Shown here: piece by piece, positions 51,096-64,000 of the stretch
How the letters are laid out: the number at the start of each line of letters is the position of its first letter
Position numbering within the stretch: the first letter of the stretch is position 1
Source of the DNA: Chrysomallon squamiferum
Lineage: Eukaryota > Animalia > Mollusca
Direction: 5' to 3'
NCBI GenBank assembly: GCA_012295275.1
Contig: CM022671.1
Location: forward strand, 23,560,001-23,624,000
Length of the DNA: 64,000 bases
The notes under the pieces: model-generated
What the model was told of the DNA's origin: nothing
The model's input: only the letters and a program-made list of their open reading frames with translations
The model's database searches: none
Translations under genes and position numbers: made by a program

Positions 51096-52740
51096 ATGAG
51101 AAAATCATCAGGTCGGCCTTCTCTAGCCCTGAGGGTTAGAAATGACGACCAGCCAGCAAGTAGCAAAAAATCACGTCATGATGAAGAAAGGGCATCGGGC
51201 AGTGATGGCAGATTGTCATGTGCCAATTTTAGACCAAGTTTGTCACGACTTTCTTACATGGGAAGAATGTCAGTTGGCAAAGGAAAAACAGCAGGAGTTG
51301 GATACAATATGTATGCAACATCAGTACCCAACAAAAGGTTAATTTTCTAAAAGATATAATATTGTTTTTAAATTTTTTATTTTTTATTTTTTATCAATAT
51401 TAAAAAATAAAAATATTAAACACTGACATAAACAAAATGATAGTTTTCTTGCAATTGTAGGATTTCTGTCCACTGATGCTGTTTAAAAAGAAAGGCAATG
51501 TTATTACTGCTGCATTTTCAGTATAGTTGTATGGTTTGATTTTGGATTAAAATTTATTTCATGTAGTCTTATGAAATGACATTCTTATCTGTGCATACAA
51601 AATTTATTGCATTTTATGTGTGTTGTAATAAAAGATATCAAACATATATTCTTTCATGTGAATTTTGATATTTACAGAAATTCAAGTGGCTTTGGACTTC
51701 GTGGACGTAGCGATGTTCCTAAAGACCCAAGACCAATTACTGACAGAGGATATATTACAAGAATGATCAAGACACTTTGTGAGGTATTTTAATTTAAATT
51801 ACCTGGGAAAGCATAGAAAGTATTAATATATTAGTATTTGAACTCATTTGTACTTGAGCAGTTAGACTGTAACTGTTAGTGTTACTCTTTATTTGTGAAT
51901 AGTATACATTACAATTTATTTATTTCCAAAAATAACAACTTACAATAAAACATTATTTGCGATAGATGTATTATATTGAAAGATTGTAAGTAATTATTCA
52001 TCAGATTTGAAAGTAAATGAAAAGTATTCATGTGGTTGAAAATATATAATAATCTTAATGTTTTTTGTTTTTTTTCAAATTGTTTTTAATTCAGTTTCTG
52101 ATGGAAAATGGTTATAGACATCCAATTTCTGTAAAGATATTGCACGCACCTACTAGTAAAGACTTCTACAAAATTTTTGAGGTTAGTGCAACTTGTACCA
52201 TTGTAAATGTAAAAGCCCTAACTTCTGACCACCACTGAATAAACCCTATCTGGAAGTCTCCTGAAATTTTGACTTTTACTTATATAAACTTTAAAATGAA
52301 GAAAAGAAAGAACTTTTTTTTTTTTTTATATATATATATAATTTCAAAATATGTTTTTCAGATTTTTAATAACATTAAATTTAAGTTCTAATAAAAATAT
52401 GTGTACAAAGTTAAAATATTTACTGTTTACATCCATACAAAGATGGATTTAAAATCATCATTTGTACTTTAGGAAACACTCAAAGTATTCATCATAATAA
52501 TTATTATGCCTTTTAATTGTTTCACTGATTGTAGTTCCTGTATGGACATATTATTCCAACTTACAAGATAGGCAAAAAGCCAGAAGAAGAGATTCCAAAG
52601 ATTTATAAGATTCTGGGCTATCCTTTTGCAATATCAAAAAGTTCTATGTTTGCAATTGGTAGTCCTCATGCATGGCCAAATTTATTGGCTGCCTTGACCT
52701 GGCTTGTTGATTTAATTAAGGTGAGTTCAAAACAATTGTC

Positions 52741-52776
<36 letters not shown>

Positions 52777-55700
52777 ATAAAGATTTTAAGTAATTTAAGT
52801 TATGACATACACATTAAAACTGAATAGAAGGAGATTGTTTTTTCATCTAAATATTATTCAGTTTAATTTTGTTATAATGATTCATGGACGATAAGCTGAA
52901 AAAATAATGAAACTTAATTTACATTTTAAATACATGTTTTTTAGTGGGTTGTGAGCAGTTTGAGAATAAAATTGTTGTTTTAAAATTTCTTTCAGTCTTG
53001 CCAGCACTCTGTAAAGGAGGCTGGTGGCATTGAGGCAATAGCTTTCCCACACAAGGACGATGACTTTGACTCCATCCCTGAAGACAGAGTAGGATGTGTT
53101 GAATAATATATTTAGCTTAACAAGATGTTTCTCTTAGCTATTTCTTTTTTAAATGCATTATATTTTATTCGTTAAACAAATAGACTCAGACTGCATTTAG
53201 AAATAAAACAGTCATCAGTCAGTGTGTTTTTGCAAATAATATCCTATCAAGATGGCTTTTTTTTTTCCACTTTCTAATATTTTAGTGACATTAGAATGAA
53301 ATTTTATCCAAGGATTAAATACTTACAATAATAGTAATATTATTATTATTGTGAAACACAGTTTTACTTTATGTGATATTTTTGAAAAGTAGTGAATCAT
53401 GAACATTAGCTACAAGAATTAGATTTGACCTGATGCTGAGCTCTTTTACAGATAATTTTTGAGTATGTTGAAAAAACATACAAGGCATTCATGGCAGGGG
53501 AAGATGAATATGACACCTACGATGAGGAACTTTCACGTGTGTTAAGTAAGTTTTTATATTGAAATAACCTTTTTTATATAAAATTTAGCTTGTATTATAG
53601 AAAATTATTACTTTTGTGGGCTAATAATATTAAAAAATAAAATTAACATGAACAGTTACCTGAAATAGATTCAGGTTTTGGGTATGAAGGTTTGTTTCTT
53701 GTTATTTTATTTTTATATAATTTTGATTTGCATGTAGATATACTTCATTATTTTTCTTACCTTGAGATAATAAACTATTTGTGATGCTTCTATTTCAGAA
53801 AGCAAATATGAAGGAGTTGAAGGTGGAAATGATGCTCTAATAGCTGAAAATGCACGTTTATCACAAGAATTGGAGATGCTAGAGAAAGAACCAGTATGTT
53901 CTTTATTCTTTTAAATTTGTTTAAATACAACATTGCTATCTCTAACATAATTTATTAATTGTGTTGAATTCCTTTTATGTCATCTGTACTGATACAGGAC
54001 TTTCTTTATGATTTAAAAACATTTGTCAGGACAATTTCTAAACTTGTTATTTAAAAATAAATTTCAAGATGATTACAGCATGCATTATCATTTACTTACT
54101 AACAGAAATAATAATTTATAATAAAACATTATTTGCAATAGGTATATTATATCAAAAGATAGACTTGAAAGAAAATGAAAATTAATCATGTAAAAAATCT
54201 GTAATAATGTAAACTTAATCTTAAAATTGTTTTTCATTCAGTTTCTGACCAAAAATGGTTATAGATATCCAATTTCTGGGAAGATGTTGTACATGTTAAA
54301 TTAATGCTAAATTTGTCGACAGTGTAAAACGAACAAGAAATTGTAAATTAGAGAACAGTTTAAGGAATGGTATGCATGTGAATCTATTCATGTTTTGTCT
54401 ATATTAAATACTGTATGTAAAGATGTTTGTTTTCAATACGTCGTGTTTTAGGATCGACTAACTACCCTTCGTGAACAGCACAATGTGGTTCAAACTGACG
54501 TGCAGCGGTTTTCTGCATATCTCGAAGACCTGGAGCGTTTTAAAAGTGGTCAGGAAAGAAAGTTAGCTGAGGTGGAAGAGGAGCTGACATCTCTGAGTAA
54601 GTAAAGCAATGAACAGCTGCTTAGCTGTAACAGCAGAAACCATAGGCTTTATTAGGTTATTCTAAGATTCAAAAACATATATCAGGCACATGTAGTTTGC
54701 TTTTTTTTTATTTTTTTTTTTTTTTTTATATATCTAGAACTAATATACACATTAGTTAATTTCAATTATTAATATCTCTATTATATATATATATATGGTT
54801 TTTTCTCATAATTTTGAAATACATTTTGTTACAAATATTTTAATATTAAAAAAAGAAATTGCATAACATTTGTCAATGGCGAATGTTTGTACTTTAAAAT
54901 CATTGTACATCAATGTTGTTGTTATTATACATTATGCTAGTAAATGAATGCATTTGCTGTCAGGTTTAAGACATCTATTTTTATTTTCAAATTTTAGAAT
55001 TAGAGCTTGAGTCTACTCAGCAGAAACATCGTCACATGCAGGCTATTTATGAAACTCAGAATCTGACCCCAGCTGATGTCACAAGAGCCAAACTTAATCG
55101 ACAGGAACTTCAGAGACAGCAAGGCTTGCTGGAAAAAACTATAGAAGATCTGGACCAGGAATGCTGGCAAGAAGAAGTCAATATAGCCAAAATAAGGGAA
55201 ATGGTTAGCAAAAGATTTAATTTAAAAAAAAAAAAAAAAAACATTTAAGCTTGTAATTTTTAGTGCATTATTATTATTATTTTTAACTGTGCTCAAATAA
55301 AATTGCATCAGGAGATTTTGTTGATCAACTGCTTATTAAGTAAAGGAATGCTTCACTATGATTCCAATGTAATCCAGAATATTTAACTTTCAATGAAATT
55401 GTTTTCTGATAAATATTATGTATATATATATTATGTGTTGAAGATTGTGAATAATGATTTTAAAGTTTGATTGTTATTATTTTTTATTTGAAAATCAGTT
55501 TCTGTGCCAGTGTTTGTGAAATTTGTAATTAATTATTATTTTATTGTAATGGTTATGAATAAGATGAGTAGATAAAATGACTTGCTATTTATTCAGGTTA
55601 TGGATATCTATGAAAATTTCAATACCAAGTTTTCCCAAAATAAAATGAGTTAGATTAATATTTTGAATAAGAAAAAATTATAATTTTTATTTATTTCTTT

Positions 55701-58121
55701 TCATTAGATAGAAGCAAAGAGTCATGAGTATAATAAACTGGGTCAGTCACTGAAGCTTATTCCAGCAGAGGCTGAGCATGCTCACGGCATTGATTTTGAA
55801 ATGAAAACTGCAATGTCACATCATCTGACACAAGATTTTGAAAGTGTATTAATGGTGAGTTAACTTTATAATAGATGATGTCAGTGGACAGAAGTTCCTA
55901 ATATCCATTAAAAGAAAGTTAAATTTAACTTTAAAATTTCTATATTTAGCTTCATTAGCCAGAGTATACAGGTTTGTATACCAAAAAAAAAGAAAGAAAA
56001 AAAAGGGAAGATTATTGTAATATTTTAAAACTAAACAATGTGTTTAATTTCCATTTCATATTTTTGATTTCCAGCCTGCACTGACCCAACTGAAAAAGCA
56101 ATGCAGTGAAATTTTACATGCAACAGAGTCACAGAAACTGAAAGAAATACGCTCACTTGAACAGGTTGGTAGATGTCATGCAACTGCATGAACACTGGTT
56201 ACATTGCACTTGTTTTAAACAAATTTTTACATTTAAATCATTTTATTTTCTTATATAAACTATATTTCTGAGTACATAAACAGTTTTGTGTGTAACATTT
56301 ATATTCTAACAAACATACTTTTTTAAATTTACCAGTAAACTTTTAAGTCATAATGGCTGTATGGAATTAAATATAATTTTCATTTTCTTTTGACTGAGCT
56401 TATTTTATACAAAATCATAAAACAATTTTTGATTTCTTTTTTTTTTTTATCTTGTTTCCAGGTGACAGAACTGGTTCAAGAAACCAAAGAGGAAACAAGT
56501 TTGCTTGAAAGGAAAATTAAAACAACAGAAGAAGAATTTGAATGTAAAAAAGAGGCAAGTTTTTAATTTGTTTTACCAGTTTCTTTTTTAATATTGGATT
56601 CTTGGTCATTACTGTTGTTATCTTTACCTGAACAGTAAATGATTTAATAATGCAAGGGTGACTGCTAGCTATAATTATAATTACATTATTATTTTCTTGA
56701 CATCAGCAGTTAAATATATTGACAGTAAATTGTCATTAAAATGTATTCAAGTATATTGTACAAAAGTGGTTTAGTTAGGTTAATAAACCAATGTGTATTC
56801 CATTAGAACATTTCTGCATACTATATATGAACATATTGATCATTGATTCTTGGGGTGTGTATAAATATATATATATTTTTTAAATTTTGTTTATAATTTA
56901 TCCCAGATACTGAAGAGAGAGTATGAACATGCTTTGGAAGAAAATGATAACATTCAGAAAGAAATCATGGAATGTTTGAAACCATCTCAAATCAGTCTGC
57001 AAGATGTACAAAAGGAGCTACGAGATAAACAGAAACAGTATGTGGTTATTTATTAATTTTGTTGTGTTACTTGTAATATTAACTTTACTGTGATGTTAAT
57101 TTATTGCATGGTTTTTCTTTAATCATCCCCTCTTAACTTCAGTTTGCAGAATAGGATTTTCTATAAGTTTATGGAAGGTATTTGCGTTACTTTTAATTTT
57201 TAAAAACATGTAAGCATTTAGAAATCAGTAAATAGCGATATTACAGATGTTTAAAGGTAAATTATTCTCCGTAATGATGAGATTTATGAAGTATAAAGTT
57301 TTTAACATAAAAGATAAGCTGTATATTAATTAACAGTAAATCAATGGCAGCTCATTTGATAAGAATATTTCTTGGAATATTTTCTGTTATATGTTGTAAG
57401 AAAAGGAAGCAAGTAGGCTTTTCTATAAGTTAATTAAAGGTAAATCATTTTCTGGGTGTTTTTTAATGCTGTTCTTTGTGAATTATGAAGTACAAAACTT
57501 TTAACATAAAGCCTAAAGAGTACATTTACTGAACGAAAAGAACACTTTTGTATTAATTTCTCTTATGTTGTAAATTCTCCCCCTGCCTCAGATATGACCA
57601 GCAAAAGCTAGAGTTGGCACAAAAGAAACAGCAGGCAGCAACATTTCTCCATACAGTTGTTTCAGAAGTTATTGATCACAGAGCGATAATAAGAGTAAGA
57701 ATTTTTTTTCTTAACTTTATATTATACAGTTGCCATCAGTAAATAAAAGAATAAGTGCTTCAATAAAATTAATTCAGTTTGCAGACTTTATATATTGTAC
57801 ATCCAGTTTAAAACAAAAATACTGTAATTTTAAACCAGAATATTTTTAAGACAAAATTTTTATATATAAATTAAAAAGAAAATGGGCAGCTTTATTAAAT
57901 ATTTTTGACTGAATGTCACCAAGTTTGACATCTTTTCACAAAATTCTGTGGCATAGATCTTGTTAATTTTAAATTTTTTCTTCAATAGGACGTTATTTTA
58001 TATGCAACTGATTTTTCTGTAAATTGTATTTCAGGACAAATTAGAAGAAGTTGTGGACAGTCATAAGGAGTTATTAGAAAAGATCAAACTTGAAATAGAT
58101 CAGTCAGCCTCAAAATCTTGA
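51096..58121 (+). CDS. NDC80: Kinetochore protein NDC80/HEC1
   Basis: 15 coding exons: 51096-51337, 51678-51783, 52095-52181, 52535-52720, 52996-53088, 53452-53545, 53799-53893, 54452-54596, 54998-55203, 55708-55854, 56075-56164, 56462-56554, 56907-57037, 57592-57694, 58035-58121. Basic S/R tail, KDPRPITDR, FLMENGY...PTSKDFYKIFEFLY and LGYPFAISKSSMFAIGSPHAWPNLLAALTWL (CH domain), then coiled coil. Confidence 0.93.
54155..54297 (+). pseudogene. Degenerate duplicate of NDC80 exon 3 with its upstream intron
   Basis: aattgtttttcattcag|tttctgaccaaaaatggttatagatatccaatttctgggaagatgttg versus aattgtttttaattcag|tttctgatggaaaatggttatagacatccaatttctgtaaagatattg at 52078-52142. Confidence 0.8.
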
Positions 58122-59831
58122 TTATATTGTCAGTCACAACAGTGGAAATGTTCTCCTTTCTGTCTTTGAATTGCTGTCATCAGCTATTCTGATGCTTTAG
58201 ATTCACTTTGCTGTAAGACAAAACCATCCTGGTTTTAACAGTGAATCACCAAATACAAATAAAACCAACATACATTTCCTGTCTCAGTCTTCTGTCTTTT
58301 CTACCTCACTTTCTTGTTTTCTTTACTTGTCCACCTATTTCTTTCACAAATCTAGGATCAGGAAGCTCTGGTTGTAAACAAATACAGTAAAAACTAGATA
58401 TACAGAAAACAGATACACTGACCAGTAGTGATGAAGTATCTTGATAAAAAGGAAATTACCATAAGAATAAATTGGAAAAACAATTTTCATTATAGTTTCA
58501 TTTATCTTATTTTTTCTGTCCATAAACTAGTAACCTCTAATAGAAAAGTCATTGTTATATAGCTCATTAATGTTAGTAATTATGTGTGTAAATGCACATT
58601 TCATTGTACATAGCATGTAAAATAGACAAGTAAGACTTAAAGAATATGACTACATATTTAAATAATGTTTTTGTAATTTTTTTTGTAATTTTTTTTTAAC
58701 TGATGCTAAGAAGTTGAACTGCAGCCAAATTAAGAGATTCCAATTTTTAAAACTTAAGAAATGTGCATGGATAATTTTGAGTGCAGTGCAAGTTACTGAA
58801 GGTATTGTAATTTAGGATCATGCTTAATTTGGACAGCTGTTAGAGATGACTTAATGAATGGCAGGTAGCAACATGGCATAAACCCATTCCCAGTTTTTCA
58901 GTATTTGTTAAGAGGGAGAACTGATATAATTCTTATGACTAAACATTTAATCCAGATCTCTATACTTTTAATTTGTTAACCTAAACCATTATTTTGTATA
59001 ATTATTTATTTACTGAATCTCCCTTATTAGATTCATGTAAACCAAACTGTCTTTTTCATTTTTTTTCAGAAAAGGAAGTTTCATTTGTTAATGAAGCTCC
59101 TGTTTTGTACATAAATTTTGTTTTGTAAGTAGAAAATAAAAACATTTATAAACAAACATGTTTTGTTTTTATTTTAACTGAGAAAGGTATTTTAAAGAAA
59201 ATGCAAGTATGTGTGAACTACAACTATTTGGAAATATTTTTTTTTTACTTTCAAAACAATGCAGATCTGATTGGAAACATTAATACAATTACTGAGGAAG
59301 TGAAGAGTATACTTAGAAGGATCTATTCTGTTATTCTTTTCAGTGATTAAGAAATATTTGTATAATAACACGTTATTAAAAGTTACTAACTGAACTATTC
59401 TTTTCAATTAGCTTTTATCCAAATAGGCCTAAACCTAAGACATAGCTAATTTGCTTTTTTTCAACTAATAACAGCTTTGCTCTGAATTCAGTAAGACAAA
59501 TCATTTTATTATCAAAATATTTTTATTTATTACGCATCGATTCTTCTCAATTACAAGATCAAGTACCATGATAAAACAAAATGAATGAAACAAAACCATA
59601 AGTGACGTTAATTCAAATACATACTTTACTCGTAGAAGTTGAGGTAATTGTCCTCTATGTGAAAATGCTAACTAAATTTTATAGAATGTTTTACAAATAG
59701 CTCACTAAATAAAATTGTGACAGCATATGTGTGTGTACATATATATATATATATATATAAATTTCATACTGTGAATAGTTTCAAAAATACTGCAATATGT
59801 TCAACACAGTGCTAATCTGTAAAGTTTATTA

Positions 59832-60821
59832 TTATTTCAAAAGATCTGTCATTTCTGGAATGGCCTTAAACAAATCCATGACAAGGCCATAGTCTGCTAC
59901 CTGGAATATAGGAGCCTCGGGATCCTTGTTAATAGCAACAATCACTTTACTGTCCTTCATGCCAGCCAGATGCTGAATGGCACCTGAAATCCCAACAGCT
60001 ATGTACAGGTCTGGTGCAACTATTTTGCCTGTTTGGCCCACCTGCAAATCGTTTGGAACAAAACCTGCATCCACTGCAGCTCTGGATGCACCCACAGCAG
60101 CTCCCATCTTATCAGCTAGAGAGTACAGCAATTTGAAGTTTTCACCATTTTTCATTCCACGGCCTCCTGATATCACACATTTAGCACTTGTAAGTTCTGG
60201 CCTGTCACTTTTACTCAATTCCTGCGAGACAAATTCTGAAAGATTATTTGATGCTGTAACCTCGGGCGCTTGCACTGACTCAGCTGATCCTCCTGATGTG
60301 GCTGCAGCTTCAAAGTTAGTTCCTCGTACTGTCAGCACTTTCACTTTGTCTGTAGACTTCAATGTTTGCACGGCATTTCCAGCATATATTGTTCTTATAA
60401 AAGTATCTGGTGATTCAATGCCGATAACTTCAGAAATAGCTGCAACATCCAACTTGGCTGCTAGACGTGGCATCAAGTTTTTTCCAAATGCGCTAGCTCC
60501 AGCAAGAATGTGGGTAAATTTAAACTTCTCTTGTGAAGCTAGAACCAAAGGTGTAAGTGCTTCAGGTAAGAAACCATTAAAAGCGTCACTATCGGCCAGC
60601 AATACCTTGTTGACACCAGCAACCTTACTCGCTTCCTCAGCGACCTTTGAACATTGGGTTCCAGCGACTAAACAAATTACCTCGCCACCAAGTTTCTTTG
60701 CAGCAGTTACCGCATTTAAAGTGATTGGGGTCAATTTGTCATTTGTATGTTCTACAATTACCAGAGTGCTCTGGAATCTTCTTACCATAGAAAGACTGCG
60801 GAAAACATTTCTTGACAACAT
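59832..60821 (-). CDS. ETFA: Electron transfer flavoprotein alpha subunit, mitochondrial; CDS intronless
   Basis: 329-aa ORF with a presequence (RRFQST) and FAD-binding motifs [28 protein letters not shown] and [30 protein letters not shown]. Confidence 0.98.
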   Translation of the reverse strand: MLSRNVFRSLSMVRRFQSTLVIVEHTNDKLTPITLNAVTAAKKLGGEVICLVAGTQCSKVAEEASKVAGVNKVLLADSDAFNGFLPEALTPLVLASQEKFKFTHILAGASAFGKNLMPRLAAKLDVAAISEVIGIESPDTFIRTIYAGNAVQTLKSTDKVKVLTVRGTNFEAAATSGGSAESVQAPEVTASNNLSEFVSQELSKSDRPELTSAKCVISGGRGMKNGENFKLLYSLADKMGAAVGASRAAVDAGFVPNDLQVGQTGKIVAPDLYIAVGISGAIQHLAGMKDSKVIVAINKDPEAPIFQVADYGLVMDLFKAIPEMTDLLK

Positions 60822-60959
60822 TTTGGTGGTGACGAGCGAAATTAATAAAGCTTGTATTCTATTTTAAGAAAGGATTTTATTGGTTTCCAAATAAGAGAGC
60901 AATCTAAGGGACATAACCCACAGCTAAAAAAATAAATAATAAAATGTTGAATAAATAAA

Positions 60960-61018
<59 letters not shown>

Positions 61019-61229
61019 TAAATAAATAAATAAATAAATAAATAAAAGAAAAAAACAATCCCCGGTGTTACATATAATATTTATAATAAAACGAATATTA
61101 TTATACTGTTCACATTATACTTAATGATGTTCAGTTTAATATCTGAACAGTCCATATCTTTGAAAAATATTTGTTCTGATATTATGCACTGAAAAGGCAA
61201 CATGCCCTCCACCAAAAAATCCCCAGCAA

Positions 61230-61261
<32 letters not shown>

Positions 61262-61654
61262 AACCTAAAGAAAACACCTCCAAACAAAACAATAACAAAT
61301 ACACCTACATTTTTACGAAGATGCATATATATATATATTCCTATACTAACTACACACTGAAAGGTAACTTATGAACAAATAATTAATATTTGTGTGTGTG
61401 AAAACGCTTGCTATACCAACCTATACGTACATATACATATATATATATATGTATGTATGTATGAATGTATATATGCATGTGTGTATATATATATATATGT
61501 ATATGTATGTGTGTGTGTGTGTGTTTGTGTGTGTGTATGTATATAGAGGTTTGTGATATTAAATGTAGTTTTTCTGTTTATGAATTTTAAACATTTCAAT
61601 TATTATCAAATGAAATATCTAACTTAATGAGCTTGTTCTGATAAAATAAAAAAT

Positions 61655-61657
<3 letters not shown>

Positions 61658-61742
<85 letters not shown>
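61658..61742. repeat. (AG)n microsatellite
   Basis: Direct reading. Confidence 0.97.
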
Positions 61743-61745
<3 letters not shown>

Positions 61746-62078
61746 GTATTGACCACGTTTTAACTTAATTTAGATGGACCAAAATATTGTGAAAAACTAT
61801 TTAAATTCAAATCACTGAGGCGTTCCGTAAATAAACAGAAAGGAATGTGACTTAAACCTATACATTCTTTAGCTGAATTACACTCATACCTAACCCATGT
61901 CTAAACTCATTAATCGTTCACTTATTTTATTTTTTCCCTTGATTAAATATCTAATAGAAAAATCATTTAAAGTTAGATAAAATTAAAAAGTTTGATTTCA
62001 AAATAAGTTGCTGGCGTGTTTCGTGTTCGTTCTAGTACTTGACAACCACAATGTTTTGGTCAGATGTTTAAGCGATCC

Positions 62079-62092
62079 ATGTCACGTGACAT
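62079..62092. promoter_or_regulatory. Palindromic E-box/CLEAR-type site ATGTCACGTGACAT
   Basis: Perfect 14-bp palindrome about 70 bp upstream of the ATG at 62161. Confidence 0.55.
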
Positions 62093-62160
62093 CTGTAAAG
62101 GCGTGAAGAAAAAGATTTTTGATATTAATGTGTCGAAGAAAACTTATATTATAGTGCGAA

Positions 62161-62378
62161 ATGACAAATTTAACGAAGGAGTATACAAGTAATGTCAATT
62201 TAGACCCCAAATATGGCTATTTTGCGACATTTATGTCTATTTTTTTCTTTCATTTGATAAATTTACTCGTAGCGTTTCTCGGCCCACCAAAGTCTATGCG
62301 AGAAGACAAATGGAGATGGAAAAACCTGATCGTTTCGTGGTTTCACGCCCTTGTCTGTTCCGTGTGGTGTCTCAGTAG
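62161..62378 (+). CDS. First coding exon of a second TLC-domain (TLCD1/2-like) paralog; rest lies beyond the window
   Basis: KWRWKNLIVSWFHALVCSVWCLS, with donor AG|GTGAGT at the same codon position and phase as in the gene at 48493. Confidence 0.85.
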
Positions 62379-63599
62379 GTGAGTACGTTTGACAAATCAT
62401 AGTTTTTGGAAATTTAACCTGACAACACTGTATTTAGAATGGCAATGGGGATGAGTAGGAAGAGGGAAAAGTGTTGAGCCAGATGTGTTTTGTCTATACC
62501 GTATTTATCATAATGAAAGGTGTGCTTGCTATAGAAATCTGTTTCCTGGTATGGAAATAATGTAGTTTTTAGATACTTTTAAAGAAAATAATAATTATTT
62601 TTATTTCCCAGACAGTATCTCATTTGGTTGTTTTGGACACAAGTCATAAATATATAAACAAATGAACAAAAGTTATTAATATTAAATAACACAATTGTAT
62701 ATATAAATAGGCTATTATATAATTTAATCTGTTACTGCAGTTTTCTATATACAAATAAATAATATTTAAATTGTGGTATTTGAAACATGATAAGATGAGG
62801 ACTTGTCAAAGATTGGGATAAAAGTTTCACCGTTTACTTGATTTGTTAAGACAGACGGGAAGAACAAATTCAGTTTGTTTTTCTTAAAGTTTGAATATTA
62901 TTAATTTTTATTTTAAAAGTTTGCTAATTTGAAGGCCAACTTTGTCATTTATTCATCACATTATAAGTTACAGAAGAAAAAAAAACATAAGATAATAACT
63001 GATCATTTTAATACATTATATCTGTTGTATATTTTATAACATGATTTATAATTCTTCAGTTAACTTCTTCGGAAAGGTTTCCTCCCACACACACCCTGGT
63101 TATCATCAGTATAAATAGGGATTTTTTTGATGTATGTATTATTGCTTGAAATGCTGAAGACTTGTTTGCTTCTATTCGTTCTATTTAACCACTTACCTTT
63201 TAGTGTGTACAAAAAGCTTACAAAAAATAATCAACAAACACTTTTTATGGCAGGTGAGTGCAGATATAATATGATTATGTCCATAATTTAATGTAGTAAT
63301 TATTATAAAAGTGTTACAATAAATAAATGCCCGTGAAAGGTTCTGTTCATGCTTATAAAAACCTTGGAATTATGTAAGGACTCTTTCCCAATAGATTATT
63401 AATTAATAGATAGTGCTAAGATGATTACAATCAGGAGCTAAAAACTGAGTGTTAAGAGTGCAGGACTGATATGATAGTTTCAATAGCAGTTCATTTCAGT
63501 GCACCTATCAGATTATTTTTAATATCTGCCAGTGTCTTCAAAACTTGTTTATCAGTGGTTCTGTTCAGTAGTGTGATGCATGTGTGTGTAAATGCCTTG

Positions 63600-63735
63600 T
63601 GGTCAGTCAGAAATATCAGTAACATCTGGTTTCTTTGTATGTGTGCATAGTGCCCATAGCTATGTTTGACACCTATGTAACTGTAGATTAAAAATGTTTT
63701 GAAAACATCATTCAGTAATTCATTTCTTCTTTCAT
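63600..63735 (-). mobile_element. Decayed fragment of an interspersed SINE-like repeat
   Basis: Minus strand gaaagaagaaatgaatt...acatttttaatctacagttacataggtgtcaaacata resembles the same recalled gastropod repeat consensus as the 45.5-kb fragments. Confidence 0.35.
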
Positions 63736-64000
63736 TATAAAATAAGACAGTTAAGTCAAGGATTGCTCTGAATGGAGAATTAAATTTGTGTAACCACATT
63801 GAAGATTATTGGGACAATGTTTGTGCAGAATAGTAAAAAACATAAAGTATTAAATATTTCAGTATATTTATTTTTTATTACTAACACAATGAAGTAAAGC
63901 ATCTTTAAGGTGTGTTCAGAGAAATGGCCCCTCTTTTTGTTTTTAAGAAATATTTGTTTGGTTGAACTGATGGGAAAGGATTAATCTTCAAAATAAAATC

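Noticed and set aside
57155-57515. Short local repeats in an NDC80 intron
   Set aside because: Degenerate AT-rich duplication without structure or boxes.
59977-60867. 296-aa plus-strand ORF
   Set aside because: Antisense shadow of ETFA with no independent protein features.
63491-63799. 102-aa minus-strand ORF
   Set aside because: No known motif; lies in the TLC paralog intron and overlaps a repeat fragment.

Overview
AT-rich, intron-rich animal genomic DNA, probably a mollusc or other lophotrochozoan (inference). Bases 1-39 kb hold the 5'-truncated domino/SRCAP/EP400 SWR1-family remodeler gene (+). It appears to make two C-termini: a short SRCAP/DOM-B-like form that reads through to a stop at 27801, and a long EP400/DOM-A-like form that uses an internal donor at 26184, adds SANT and Q-rich exons and stops at 39024. 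Its introns hold about 17-18 predicted box H/ACA snoRNAs in at least 4 families. Several sit in one intron (8 copies in the 7.9-kb intron that splits the DEAQ box), some have recognisable rRNA-complementary pockets, and one is a chimeric copy made by a recent 543-bp tandem duplication. Downstream lie a MULE-derived element, a TLC-domain gene (-), NDC80 (+, with a GC-AG intron and a duplicated pseudo-exon), an intronless ETFA (-) and the first exon of a second TLC-domain paralog (+). Exon boundaries were read by eye from GT/AG and frame. rRNA target sequences and numbering are recalled from memory and need checking.
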